45,441 nt of DNA from a virus (taxonomy: Duplodnaviria; Caudoviricetes): positions 1 through 45,441 of the IMG/VR virus record IMGVR_UViG_3300037419_000703; one strand, written 5' to 3'. This document shows, piece by piece, positions 8,731-17,659 of the stretch. A model generated the notes under the pieces. It saw only the letters and a list, made by a program, of their open reading frames with translations, ran no database searches and was not told the DNA's origin. The translations under genes and the position numbers were made by a program. Within the stretch, counting starts at the first letter, position 1. Each line of letters opens with the position of its first letter.

Positions 8731-9019
8731 ACACGCAGAGTTGATCATCGCGTGGGCGGAAGGTGAACAAATTGAATACGAACAACGCCCCGGTGTGTGG
8801 ACCCCTGTTGCGAAGTACCCTCTTTGGGAGGAGGACACCGCTTATAGAGTAAGGCCCAAACCCGTCACCAGCATGACTGATCAAGAATTGAGAAACATAT
8901 ACTATCATTCGGGTGGCAGTGACCATTTTGAGGTGTCCTTACGTTCGGTGGCGGACACGGCAATCCAACACTATGTAAAAGAACAGGAGAAAAACAATGC
9001 CGAAACACAAGCACGCTGA
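8717..9019 (+). CDS. hypothetical protein, second of three tandem paralogs
   Basis: MARHKHAELIIAWAEG; RBS CAGGAG. Confidence 0.75.
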   Translation: MARHKHAELIIAWAEGEQIEYEQRPGVWTPVAKYPLWEEDTAYRVRPKPVTSMTDQELRNIYYHSGGSDHFEVSLRSVADTAIQHYVKEQEKNNAETQAR

Positions 9020-9293
9020 TCTGATCATCGCCTGGGCCAATGGAGCTAAAATCCAAGTCTTCAGCCTGGGAGGATGGTCTGATGCCCTCACCCCTGCGTG
9101 GGACAGTGGTATGAAGTACCGCATCAAGCCAGAGAAGGAATACCCCAAAAGCACACTCACAGACGAGGAACTTGATCGTATGTGGGTGGCCGGTCTGACC
9201 AAGATGTCAGCACTGCGTCAGATTGCAGACACAGCAATCGAACGCTATCTGCAAGACCAAGAATTATCCGATGCTGCAAAAGCAGCAAACTAA
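8997..9293 (+). CDS. hypothetical protein, third of three tandem paralogs
   Basis: MPKHKHADLIIAWANG; RBS CAGGAG. Confidence 0.75.
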   Translation: MPKHKHADLIIAWANGAKIQVFSLGGWSDALTPAWDSGMKYRIKPEKEYPKSTLTDEELDRMWVAGLTKMSALRQIADTAIERYLQDQELSDAAKAAN

Positions 9294-9308
9294 CCAAAGG
9301 AGAAACAC

Positions 9309-9620
9309 ATGGAACGCAAACAAGACGAGAAATTTGAAGACTACAAGCTGCGCCGCAGCATCGCCAATCAAGTGACGCGCAACATCAACTGGAAGACCAA
9401 GCACCAATACGGTGTGGCCAACGCGCGCACTCAATTGCGCAACGAGCAGAAGGACAACCCCAGCTACCACGGCGGCGTGTACGGATTGAACATCCTCGCC
9501 AAGTTCGCTCGTGACCGCATCGCTGATGGCGTTCTCCCCGCAAAACACCAGCAATACGTGGCGCGGCAAGTGGCCAAGAAAGCCTCCCGTAACCTCGTGC
9601 CGTTGAAGGAGGCAGCATGA
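9309..9620 (+). CDS. basic hypothetical protein
   Basis: AAGGAG RBS; R..E.FEDYK.RR N-terminus. Confidence 0.7.
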   Translation: MERKQDEKFEDYKLRRSIANQVTRNINWKTKHQYGVANARTQLRNEQKDNPSYHGGVYGLNILAKFARDRIADGVLPAKHQQYVARQVAKKASRNLVPLKEAA

Positions 9621-9748
9621 CCCTCCTTGACCGTGTTTTTGAATACATCGGCATCGTTTCCACTATCTTTTTCGTCCTGCTGCTGGTGGCGCTGGCGACT
9701 GGAAAGGCCAAAGTCAGCAAGAGCAACCCGGAGGACTGGAAAAAATGA
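9617..9748 (+). CDS. small membrane protein (43 aa, not in ORF track)
   Basis: AAGGAGG RBS; ATGA overlaps at both ends. Confidence 0.6.
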   Translation: MTLLDRVFEYIGIVSTIFFVLLLVALATGKAKVSKSNPEDWKK

Positions 9749-10164
9749 ACTACCTGACCACCAAGACGCTGGATAAGTCCACCGAAAACGCTGCCGGGTA
9801 TGACCTCCGGGCGGCACATGCCATCATGATCCCACCGGGACAGTCTCGACTTGTCGGTACGGGAATCAAGGGGGCATTGCCATCGGGTAAGGCCATGCTG
9901 GTGCTATCCCGCTCTGGACTGGCACTCAAGAAGGGTGTATTTGTGTTGAACGCGCCGGGCCTCGTTGATCCCGATTACCGGGGTGAGGTGGGCGTTATCC
10001 TGATGAATATGGGTGAATATGCCTTTTACGTAGAAGAGGGAGACAAGATCGCCCAAGCCCTGTTCGTGGACTACCACGACCCTGAACAAGTGCTGGTGGC
10101 TGAAGAAGCCTTGGACAAGACGGCACGCGGGGAAGGCGGTTTTGGTAGCACGGGTGCAAAATGA
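9745..10164 (+). CDS. dut: trimeric dUTPase
   Basis: All five motifs: AGYDL, RSGLA, GLVDPDYRGE, KIAQ, RGEGGFGSTG. Confidence 0.95.
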   Translation: MNYLTTKTLDKSTENAAGYDLRAAHAIMIPPGQSRLVGTGIKGALPSGKAMLVLSRSGLALKKGVFVLNAPGLVDPDYRGEVGVILMNMGEYAFYVEEGDKIAQALFVDYHDPEQVLVAEEALDKTARGEGGFGSTGAK

Positions 10165-10397
10165 TATCGATCATCGAAGCCATGGAGTTGTACCGCAACG
10201 AACACAACCTAGTGCAAGAAGAAATGGCTAAGTTGATCGATGTCTCAGGTGGTCATTACAGTGATTTGATACGCGGCAAAGGGGGAAAGAACATCAGCCT
10301 GCGTATTGCCGCCAACCTATACAAGCTGGGCATCCCTGCCGAAATACTGCTGCAAGAAGTTCCAAAGACCAAACGAGGAAAAGGAGCAAAAACGTGA
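10161..10397 (+). CDS. XRE/Cro-like HTH regulator
   Basis: L.QEEMAKLIDVS..HYSDLIRG. Confidence 0.75.
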   Translation: MISIIEAMELYRNEHNLVQEEMAKLIDVSGGHYSDLIRGKGGKNISLRIAANLYKLGIPAEILLQEVPKTKRGKGAKT

Positions 10398-10765
10398 GCA
10401 ACATGAATACCGTCGTCAAAGGCATATTGGTTATGCCACTGCAATCAATTGCGGGAACCAAGGAAGAAGACTTGACCGACCTGTCGTTGGGCATGTGTGA
10501 CAAGATGCAACTCCTGATCGCGGAAGACGAGGCCAACAGCCTGTTCGACACCATGATGAGCATCAAAGACGATCAGGACACGGTGGTGCAACATTTGACC
10601 AAGCCACTGGTGAAGTTCGTGAACTCCAACGGCGAGTACCAAGCCATCGAATTCGTGTCGGGTACTCACAACGAGTTCCACCACACGATGACCGTCCGAC
10701 GCAACGACCCGGACTTTGAAGTGCTATGGTCCATCAAGTTCATGACGGTGGAAGCACTGCATTGA
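10394..10765 (+). CDS. hypothetical protein
   Basis: AAGGAG RBS, GTG start. Confidence 0.65.
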   Translation: MSNMNTVVKGILVMPLQSIAGTKEEDLTDLSLGMCDKMQLLIAEDEANSLFDTMMSIKDDQDTVVQHLTKPLVKFVNSNGEYQAIEFVSGTHNEFHHTMTVRRNDPDFEVLWSIKFMTVEALH

Positions 10766-10790
10766 CCGCGCAATTGATTGCAAGATGAGT

Positions 10791-10819
10791 TTGACAAACC
10801 ACTGGGGCTAGTTTATACT
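10791..10819 (+). promoter_or_regulatory. sigma70-type promoter
   Basis: TTGACA-17-TATACT. Confidence 0.85.
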
Positions 10820-10847
10820 AGCTCTTGTGTTATTCCAAGGAGTGGTC

Positions 10848-11654
10848 ATGATCAACAAGCCGAAAAAGTTCAAGTTTCTGGAGGGTATTGATTCCGATTC
10901 CAAGATCAAGTTCTTGGACGAGCCTCCAGTACCAAAGTGGATTTACGACCTGAGTGAAGAGAAGAAAAAGGCACTAAGTCCCGCACCCACATTATCCGAC
11001 GATAATGTGTTCATGTATTTGTATGGCTCAAAGACGGGCCACATGTCCAGTGGGAGTGCACCCAGCCTCCAACAACTCCCCGAGAAGGGCTATCCAGCCT
11101 ACTTCAGCCCCCAATCGTGGGAAAAGCTCAAGAAGATGATGGCGGAGCAAGAAGAAAAGAACAAAGACCATTGGAAGGCAATTATTTACCCTCAGGACTA
11201 CGACTTGTACAACGACCAGCTTTCCAAAGATCATCATGTGAGTATCTGGGTGAACGGCAAGGAGTGCTTTCTCACTCTTGTGCTGCAACCTCACGAGTTT
11301 GAGGGCAATACCTACAACCTTGGCCCCTTGATCTTCGACATCATCAAGGAAGTAGATGGCAAGCTGTTGACGGTTTTGAAAAAACAAATTCAGCAACTCG
11401 GTGTGAGCAAGGATGACGACAAATTCATGCGGCACGCACTGAACGCCTATATGCAGCACCTCATTAACGACAGCATTCACAAGATGGGGCTGGTGTTGGC
11501 CCGCCTGATCAATCTCCAGTCAATGGTGAAAGACAATGTTGTGACCCGGACGTACCAATTCCTTGACCTGAACACCCCCAAGCTGTGGGACGTGGAAATC
11601 CATATTCGTGGAAACGAAGAGAAGAGAATCACCTTTACATTCAACATTCATTAA
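10848..11654 (+). CDS. hypothetical protein
   Basis: Long ORF with RBS after promoter. Confidence 0.75.
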   Translation: MINKPKKFKFLEGIDSDSKIKFLDEPPVPKWIYDLSEEKKKALSPAPTLSDDNVFMYLYGSKTGHMSSGSAPSLQQLPEKGYPAYFSPQSWEKLKKMMAEQEEKNKDHWKAIIYPQDYDLYNDQLSKDHHVSIWVNGKECFLTLVLQPHEFEGNTYNLGPLIFDIIKEVDGKLLTVLKKQIQQLGVSKDDDKFMRHALNAYMQHLINDSIHKMGLVLARLINLQSMVKDNVVTRTYQFLDLNTPKLWDVEIHIRGNEEKRITFTFNIH

Positions 11655-11663
11655 GGAGAAGAA

Positions 11664-11849
11664 ATGAAGTTACCTCGTGGATTCGCGGCAATGAGCCGCT
11701 TGCTGAACAGTGAACTTGCCTCCAAGGGTGGAAAGACAGCCCATGCATTGGGGCGGGCACACACATTCACCCCGGAAGAAGCACGTGCAGCCGCCAAGAA
11801 GTCGGTGGAAGCCCGCCGCGCCAACAAACTGAAGAACAAAGGGGCATGA
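11664..11849 (+). CDS. KGG-motif stress-protein-like protein
   Basis: RGFAAM....SELASKGGK..H..G.AH.FT.EEARAA. Confidence 0.75.
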   Translation: MKLPRGFAAMSRLLNSELASKGGKTAHALGRAHTFTPEEARAAAKKSVEARRANKLKNKGA

Positions 11850-11850
11850 C

Positions 11851-12045
11851 ATGGCACTGCCTGAAAGGTTTGTGGCTTCGTATTTGCCATTCTCCAAGGG
11901 AGCCAAAGTATTCGGCCAACCCATCGAAAGCCTTACCCATGACGAGTTGCTGGCCGTGATAGGAATGCAGCATAAGCAACTAGAGACTGAACGAGAACAC
12001 CACATTTCTATGTCCAAAATGTTGACCTTGATAGGAGGAAAATAA
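11851..12045 (+). CDS. hypothetical protein
   Basis: Tiles with neighbours. Confidence 0.6.
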   Translation: MALPERFVASYLPFSKGAKVFGQPIESLTHDELLAVIGMQHKQLETEREHHISMSKMLTLIGGK

Positions 12046-12410
12046 TGGGTGCCTGCCATACTTTCTACGACGAACTGCGCTTCGATGTGCGTGACCCGCA
12101 CCTAACCCACGTGTACGTCTATATCCGGTGCCAAGGGGATTGCCCACACTTCATCCAAGGGTGGCACCACAAGGCATTCCCGAGCACGATGAGCACCAAG
12201 GAAATCTTCGACAACCTGTGGAGCGGGAACGACGACTCGGACCCCGTGATGTGGCCCCTGAAAGCGCCACCAAGCTATGAACGCAACAACACACTGGATG
12301 AGGTGGTGAAAGTGGTGGCGGACGACGCTGCCGCCCACGCTATCGAGACAGGCACGGCTGTGTCTCCCCTATGGGACATTGCTCGGAAGCTGGAAGGCAT
12401 GAAGACTTAA
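12045..12410 (+). CDS. hypothetical protein
   Basis: AGGAGG RBS; TAATG coupling. Confidence 0.65.
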   Translation: MGACHTFYDELRFDVRDPHLTHVYVYIRCQGDCPHFIQGWHHKAFPSTMSTKEIFDNLWSGNDDSDPVMWPLKAPPSYERNNTLDEVVKVVADDAAAHAIETGTAVSPLWDIARKLEGMKT

Positions 12411-12430
12411 CCAACCCCAAGGAGTGGAAC

Positions 12431-12616
12431 ATGATAAGCCAAGCCGCAGAAGAACTATTGAACGACATCCACAACTTGGGGATGGAACGTGAAATCGAAT
12501 GGAGCGCAATCCGTGGCGTGATGATCGATTTCACTGACGATCAACTGACGTGGTTGCGGAAGCAGTTGGAACTGATGATCCAACTGGCTGAACTGGAACT
12601 CAAGCTGCGCAATTGA
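12431..12616 (+). CDS. hypothetical protein
   Basis: AAGGAG RBS; stop codon lies inside the palindromic site. Confidence 0.6.
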   Translation: MISQAAEELLNDIHNLGMEREIEWSAIRGVMIDFTDDQLTWLRKQLELMIQLAELELKLRN

Positions 12617-12643
12617 TTGCAAACCAACCTCAAGGAGTGAATC

Positions 12644-12877
12644 ATGTTTGAAGCCTATAAGAACTATGTTGCAGAAAACAAACGCAAGCTGGCCGACAAA
12701 GACCCGGAGTATGTGAAGGCGTATTACATCGGCACGGCCATGTTTGCACTGGCATTCGCGCTGGCCATCTTGTGTGGGTTCATCCTGTTGCTCAAGGAAT
12801 TCAGCCTCCACGGCATTGCTGCTGGCATTGGAGACTTCATCAACACGGTGGATTCTCACGCATTCCCACGCAATTGA
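12644..12877 (+). CDS. small membrane protein
   Basis: RBS; hydrophobic helix; stop inside the palindromic site. Confidence 0.65.
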   Translation: MFEAYKNYVAENKRKLADKDPEYVKAYYIGTAMFALAFALAILCGFILLLKEFSLHGIAAGIGDFINTVDSHAFPRN

Positions 12878-12890
12878 TTGCACAAACTCT

Positions 12891-12918
12891 TTGACAAACC
12901 CACTTAGTGTGCTATACT
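12891..12918 (+). promoter_or_regulatory. sigma70-type promoter
   Basis: TTGACA-16-TATACT with TG extended -10. Confidence 0.8.
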
Positions 12919-12967
12919 TCAGATGTGGGTTTGATTTTGAGTGTTTTCTTTCCAAGGAGTGGACGCC

Positions 12968-13141
12968 ATGAAAAACTATGATCGTGAAGAAGCCCGGAAA
13001 GCTTATTTGGCACGTAAAGCATATTTTGCTGGGCTGCAACCGGCACTGGATAAGAACTTCAAGGAAGCAAAATCCGAAGAAGAGTTGTTGGCGGCTGATG
13101 GAAAGGCCATCAAACAGTATATTTCCAAGAACCACGCTTAA
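12968..13141 (+). CDS. hypothetical protein
   Basis: Hairpin RBS; MKNYDREE. Confidence 0.65.
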   Translation: MKNYDREEARKAYLARKAYFAGLQPALDKNFKEAKSEEELLAADGKAIKQYISKNHA

Positions 13142-13166
13142 TTTTCAATCTCAAGGAGTGGATGCC

Positions 13167-13433
13167 ATGAAACTGGCCGATCTGATGAAGAGTTTCGACG
13201 AGCGCGCCGACAAGATGCCCAAGGGCCGGTTCTGGCTGACCGAGAAACAATTCAACTTTGCCAAAGACTTGGCCAATCAAGAACGAATCAGCATCGAGCA
13301 GTTCCACAATTTTCGTACTTGGGCCGTGGGCAAGAATGCCGAGTACTGGAGCAGTAAGCACTTTGCCCACGGTGACGGTCGCAACACCTTGTTGCCGGGC
13401 CGGTGGGCTGAAGAAATGAAGAAAGCTAACTAA
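13167..13433 (+). CDS. hypothetical protein
   Basis: RBS nearly identical to that of the previous gene; MKLADL. Confidence 0.65.
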   Translation: MKLADLMKSFDERADKMPKGRFWLTEKQFNFAKDLANQERISIEQFHNFRTWAVGKNAEYWSSKHFAHGDGRNTLLPGRWAEEMKKAN

Positions 13434-13451
13434 CCTCAAGGAGTGAGGATC

Positions 13452-13679
13452 ATGATCATCGTTACCAAATTGAAAGACCTTCAACCCGGAAAATGGTATG
13501 CCATTGGTTTGGAAGACGAAAATGGCAATATCGACTGGGATGGGGCACCGCTGTACAAATACGAGGGCGAGGGCATTTGGACGGCGGATGATGGAGAGCC
13601 AGCCGGGATGATATGGGACGCATATTTGGATATGCCGATAAGCATTCGGTATGCCGATGCCTACATGCTGCAAGCTTGA
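13452..13679 (+). CDS. acidic hypothetical protein
   Basis: Hairpin RBS CCTCA-AGGAG-TGAGG. Confidence 0.65.
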   Translation: MIIVTKLKDLQPGKWYAIGLEDENGNIDWDGAPLYKYEGEGIWTADDGEPAGMIWDAYLDMPISIRYADAYMLQA

Positions 13680-13697
13680 ATATATCAAGGATGAATC

Positions 13698-13886
13698 ATG
13701 ACTCAACTGGAATTCCCAATTATCACTGAGCGGGTGAACTATCTGGTGAACTCGTTCGTGAAAGACCCCATCCCCTGTGAGACTGTGAAAGAAGTGTGGG
13801 AAGCGGTGGGCACCCTGCCTTTCGGAGCGCCCTATTGGGTATCCAGTCCCACCGGCAAAAACACCCACGAATTTATCCCCTTTTAA
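13698..13886 (+). CDS. hypothetical protein
   Basis: AAGGA RBS. Confidence 0.6.
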   Translation: MTQLEFPIITERVNYLVNSFVKDPIPCETVKEVWEAVGTLPFGAPYWVSSPTGKNTHEFIPF

Positions 13887-13895
13887 GGAGTAATC

Positions 13896-14189
13896 ATGAC
13901 TAAAGAAGAAATGCGTGACCTGTGGAAGCAGTACATGGAAACTGACTTCCTGAAATTCGACCGGGAGGATTCGGACATCAAACGGCCCGACCTCCGGGCC
14001 TTCCTGTTGCTGAATTTCCTTGTGCCGGGGGACACAGACATCGTGGGGTGGTCCCGCCATGAAGAAATCACACTGAGCATTGCACCGGATGATCTGGCGA
14101 AGGTGGTTTCCGAAGCGGATATCATGCTGTTGGTACAGTGCGGGGTGCGCTACAACCACGATGACGATTGCTTTGAAATGTTCACATGA
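13896..14189 (+). CDS. hypothetical phage protein
   Basis: RPDLRAFLLL..LVPG..DIV....HEEI. Confidence 0.7.
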   Translation: MTKEEMRDLWKQYMETDFLKFDREDSDIKRPDLRAFLLLNFLVPGDTDIVGWSRHEEITLSIAPDDLAKVVSEADIMLLVQCGVRYNHDDDCFEMFT

Positions 14190-14368
14190 GCAAATCAAAA
14201 TACATCTGTGCCCGGTGCGGCAACCCTGTGGGGCTGTGGCACTACGGGTGGAAACATCAAGCGGGTGGCAAAAGCCAACCCTCCTGCAAACAACCTGTGC
14301 CCATGCTGCGGGATGAATACGAGCAACGGGAACTGAAGGCGTTAGACACCGCTTTAAGGAGTAAGTGA
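14186..14368 (+). CDS. small Zn-finger-like protein
   Basis: CxxC..WKH..C. Confidence 0.55.
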   Translation: MSKSKYICARCGNPVGLWHYGWKHQAGGKSQPSCKQPVPMLRDEYEQRELKALDTALRSK

Positions 14369-14622
14369 TGAATGAAGGCACCGAATACGTGACGTTGGAA
14401 AGCGCACTGGCGGCAATCTCTTATATGGTTCAGTTTCTCAAAACGGAGGGAGACACCGATTATTGTGGAGAAGCCGAAGCCCTTTTGGTGAAACGCACCT
14501 TCAAGACGGTGGGCCGCGCCCAAGAACTCAAGGGCACTGCGGGAGCATTCACCCAAGCCGTGTTTGAAGGCAAGGACGTGAAGGAAAACGACTGGCTGTG
14601 TGTGGAAGTGAAGCAACAGTAG
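14368..14622 (+). CDS. hypothetical protein
   Basis: AAGGAG RBS. Confidence 0.6.
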   Translation: MNEGTEYVTLESALAAISYMVQFLKTEGDTDYCGEAEALLVKRTFKTVGRAQELKGTAGAFTQAVFEGKDVKENDWLCVEVKQQ

Positions 14623-14623
14623 T

Positions 14624-14652
14624 TTGACAAACCACAAAAACTGGCTTAAAGT
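14624..14652 (+). promoter_or_regulatory. sigma70-type promoter
   Basis: TTGACA-17-TAAAGT. Confidence 0.7.
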
Positions 14653-14678
14653 GGACTTTTATTGCAAAGGAGTGCACC

Positions 14679-14975
14679 ATGTTCCCAAATGTAACCCTGA
14701 TGGATGGAGTAGCGGCCAGTGACCTCTACCCAAGCACATTCTCTATCCCAAGCGACGAAGAGAAATCCGCTGTGAAGCCGGGCGATTTCGTGAAGATCGG
14801 TTTCCTGCACCCGCGCCATCCCGGCGAACGTATGTGGGTGAAAGTGACTGAACCGGGCAAGGGTACACTGGGCAACACTCCGGTGGTCTTCATAGGATTG
14901 CTGAAGTATGGGGAAGAAATCCTCTATGAACCCAAACACATCCTCGACATCCTGACCCCGGAAGACTTCAAATGA
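14679..14975 (+). CDS. DUF2314-like protein
   Basis: GDFVKI.F....ERMWV.V....G.L.N.P...HILDI. Confidence 0.7.
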   Translation: MFPNVTLMDGVAASDLYPSTFSIPSDEEKSAVKPGDFVKIGFLHPRHPGERMWVKVTEPGKGTLGNTPVVFIGLLKYGEEILYEPKHILDILTPEDFK

Positions 14976-15136
14976 ACCTTGAACTGATCAAAGAGGCGTT
15001 GGAAATTGCCCTTGATCTTGCCGTGACGGAAGCCGACCACGTTCACACGGTCTACAAGGGGTATAAGCCCCACAAGCATGAAGCGGTGGACAAGGACTTG
15101 CAAACCATCAAGGACGCCCTGAAGGAGTTGGAATGA
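14972..15136 (+). CDS. hypothetical protein (54 aa, not in ORF track)
   Basis: ATGA overlaps at both ends. Confidence 0.6.
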   Translation: MNLELIKEALEIALDLAVTEADHVHTVYKGYKPHKHEAVDKDLQTIKDALKELE

Positions 15137-15342
15137 ATTGCATGTACTGTGGATTTACGTCGATGGGGTCGGAAATGTATGTGGTGAAGGCCACCAGCAA
15201 GCCACGAGGAACACCAAACCGATGGGACCGCATTGGATACTGCTGCGAACCCTGTCATGAGGTGGCGGGCAAGCCTATCGAATACGAAAATGTTCCAGGA
15301 CCAAGGAGTGGGAATGAGACTACACAATCTGAAGGTGGGTGA
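15133..15342 (+). CDS. small Zn-finger protein
   Basis: CxxC ... CxxC. Confidence 0.55.
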   Translation: MNCMYCGFTSMGSEMYVVKATSKPRGTPNRWDRIGYCCEPCHEVAGKPIEYENVPGPRSGNETTQSEGG

Positions 15343-15598
15343 AACCTATTACGCCGTCACCGACCGCCGCATCGAAAAGGGCGTGAACACCAAGGAAGTG
15401 CATGCGGTGAGGGTGCTGGAGCGCCACCCCACCTTGCCTGCCGTACTGGCTCAATGGCCGGGCCGGACAGACCGATGGTACTTTGAAGGTGTGTTTGGTC
15501 ACTGGAGGAGGACGAGACCCATACTTGTTCCCAAGTGTGAAAGGACGATGCGCTGCGCCACCAGACAAGAAATCAGACAAATGAAAGGACTGACATGA
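15314..15598 (+). CDS. hypothetical protein
   Basis: AAGGAG RBS before ATG 15314. Confidence 0.6.
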   Translation: MRLHNLKVGETYYAVTDRRIEKGVNTKEVHAVRVLERHPTLPAVLAQWPGRTDRWYFEGVFGHWRRTRPILVPKCERTMRCATRQEIRQMKGLT

Positions 15599-16170
15599 CC
15601 CGTTACACAGTAACGAATTCAGAATTCGATGATGGAGCCTACATCTTGAATAAAGATGGCAAGCGTATTGCGGACATTCTGTTCTATGACGACGCCAAGG
15701 AAATCCTTGCCGCCCTCAAATCTGCGCAATCAATTGCACAAGCCGCGCCCGAAGCACCCAGCCGGGAAGCTGCGCCGTCCAAAGGTGAATTGCTCACCCA
15801 AGAACAGCGCGATGCAATCATGAGCGCGGTACGTAAAGCATGGCCTGCCGGATTCAAGGACACACCGTACAAGGCGATGGACAAACTCGTGTGGAACGTT
15901 GAGCAGGCATGCGTTGCAGCCCTCGCCCAGCAGGGCGCATCCCATGCATCGAATGCTGGCAAGGATACCGGGCGAGATGCGGCACGCTATCGCTGGCTGC
16001 GCGAGAAGAGGGATATCCCGGCCGGTGCTCGGAACATACCATGGGCCGTTGCGTTAGACCCGAACGAGCGGATTCATACGATGGTGCTTCGGGCTGGTAT
16101 TGACTTGGATCACGCCATCGACGCAGCTATCGCCGCAAGCACTGAACAGGAGAAGAAGAATGCCGATTAA
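15595..16170 (+). CDS. mosaic hypothetical protein with DAARYRWLR motif
   Basis: DAARYRWLR ... LDHAIDAAIA typical of temperate-phage accessory (Ead/Ea22-like) proteins. Confidence 0.7.
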   Translation: MTRYTVTNSEFDDGAYILNKDGKRIADILFYDDAKEILAALKSAQSIAQAAPEAPSREAAPSKGELLTQEQRDAIMSAVRKAWPAGFKDTPYKAMDKLVWNVEQACVAALAQQGASHASNAGKDTGRDAARYRWLREKRDIPAGARNIPWAVALDPNERIHTMVLRAGIDLDHAIDAAIAASTEQEKKNAD

Positions 16171-16405
16171 CGCTAACTTGGTTTGCTGGCACTGCGGCAA
16201 AGAGCATCCAGTACTACTACCGCATCCACCGCAATTTGCATTTGAGCTTGCCGGATGGGCCAGTGATGCGGGCCTGTTTGGAGCACTAGACATGTATCGG
16301 GGGCGCGCACTCGTATTCTGCAATGAGGAGCACGCGAACGCCGAGAAAACGAAAGTCGGACATTACCGAGCACGCCCGAAAGGCCCACAGAAAGGACCGC
16401 AATGA
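16160..16405 (+). CDS. hypothetical protein with CxxC
   Basis: AGGAG RBS. Confidence 0.6.
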   Translation: MPINANLVCWHCGKEHPVLLPHPPQFAFELAGWASDAGLFGALDMYRGRALVFCNEEHANAEKTKVGHYRARPKGPQKGPQ

Positions 16406-16809
16406 GCACTGAGCTGAACATGGACGCAGAGCGCGCGGCGGCGGAACTCGCGGCCTGCCCGTTTTGCGGGGGCGCGGCCGAGATTCGCAAAACGCCGAAT
16501 ATGTGGATGGTCGAGTGCAACAACGCCGAATGCGGCTCTAACCCCGATGCGCTCGCCGTGTTCAAGCACGATGTCATCGCCGCATGGAACCGCCGTACCG
16601 CTCCTGTCTCCGCCCCTATCGTGGAAGAACTGCCGCCAGAGGAAGAAATCTCCTATGAAGTGGTACAGGACTACGAGGGGATTGCGTGGGCAAGTGGCAA
16701 GAACGCCCTGCAACAAATCATGCACTACGCGGCGCAGTACGTACAAGATGGCCCCGTGGAAATTGTTGAAGTGCGCCGCAAGGTGATTAACCGTTTGGAG
16801 AAAGCATGA
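16402..16809 (+). CDS. Lar-like restriction alleviation Zn-finger protein
   Basis: LAACPFCGG...VEC..C...AWNRR. Confidence 0.75.
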   Translation: MSTELNMDAERAAAELAACPFCGGAAEIRKTPNMWMVECNNAECGSNPDALAVFKHDVIAAWNRRTAPVSAPIVEELPPEEEISYEVVQDYEGIAWASGKNALQQIMHYAAQYVQDGPVEIVEVRRKVINRLEKA

Positions 16810-16967
16810 CTTTTGACGAATTCATAGCGGAGGCTGAGCGGTTGAATCTTACTGTGAATGACCTCGTGCCCGGTGTGCTGAAAAAATTGGATGAAATGGA
16901 AAAGGAAGGTGTGATCCGCAAGCACGAAGATGGCGGGCACGAATACGTCAACAAGGAGGAAACATGA
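16806..16967 (+). CDS. hypothetical protein (53 aa, not in ORF track)
   Basis: GGAG RBS; ATGA overlaps. Confidence 0.55.
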   Translation: MTFDEFIAEAERLNLTVNDLVPGVLKKLDEMEKEGVIRKHEDGGHEYVNKEET

Positions 16968-17134
16968 CTTTGGACAATTGGAAGGCTGAAGTGGCCCGCA
17001 TCTTCATTGGGTATGACTTCACTGCGGAACAAGCCACTGAAATAGCGGAGTCCGTGGTTGATGCCGGAGGCTACGAAGATGGCTTGACCCCGCAAGAAGC
17101 GGTGGATGAAGAATTAAGCTATTGGGGAGACTGA
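16964..17134 (+). CDS. acidic hypothetical protein (56 aa, not in ORF track)
   Basis: AAGGAGG RBS; YEDGLTPQEAVDEELSYW. Confidence 0.6.
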   Translation: MTLDNWKAEVARIFIGYDFTAEQATEIAESVVDAGGYEDGLTPQEAVDEELSYWGD

Positions 17135-17138
17135 CTCC

Positions 17139-17411
17139 ATGAACCTACTGGCGAAGAACAAATGGGACAGCACCTCCGTGGAAGCCGAGTTCCACAAGCG
17201 TCTTGGCTTCCTGTCCAAAAAACATCAAGGGTTGGTGATGCACCACTTTCGAGAAGTGCTGCGCAATCAATTGCGTGATCCTTCCTTGAAGGAAATTGTG
17301 GCTGACCTGTCGGAGCGGGCTGGTATTCCCCTTGCCGACCACGCCCTGTCTGTGCTGGACCAGCCGATTGAAGGCTACGAAAAACCACACTCGGATAAAT
17401 CCAGCTACTAA
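17139..17411 (+). CDS. hypothetical protein
   Basis: GGAG RBS. Confidence 0.6.
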   Translation: MNLLAKNKWDSTSVEAEFHKRLGFLSKKHQGLVMHHFREVLRNQLRDPSLKEIVADLSERAGIPLADHALSVLDQPIEGYEKPHSDKSSY

Positions 17412-17416
17412 GCTCT

Positions 17417-17444
17417 TTGACGAACTCGATTATTGTGTTATACT
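17417..17444 (+). promoter_or_regulatory. sigma70-type promoter
   Basis: TTGACG-16-TATACT with TG extended -10. Confidence 0.75.
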
Positions 17445-17479
17445 GTTCTTGTGGTGATCGAGTTCTCAAGGAGTGAGTC

Positions 17480-17659
17480 ATGAAAACCGCCGTCAAGAAG
17501 GCAGTGAGTCCCCGTGGTGTGATGTTTGCCGTCGTGGTGGAGAAGAACACCTATGGCGTGTGGAAACTCGACAACAAGGCTTGGAAGCCGGTGGCCCCAA
17601 AGCTGAATCGGGTGGAAGCCTTCAGCATTTTCAACAACAAAGTGGGGGGTGTGATATGA
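17480..17659 (+). CDS. hypothetical protein (59 aa, not in ORF track)
   Basis: Hairpin RBS; MKTAVKKAVSPRG. Confidence 0.6.
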   Translation: MKTAVKKAVSPRGVMFAVVVEKNTYGVWKLDNKAWKPVAPKLNRVEAFSIFNNKVGGVI

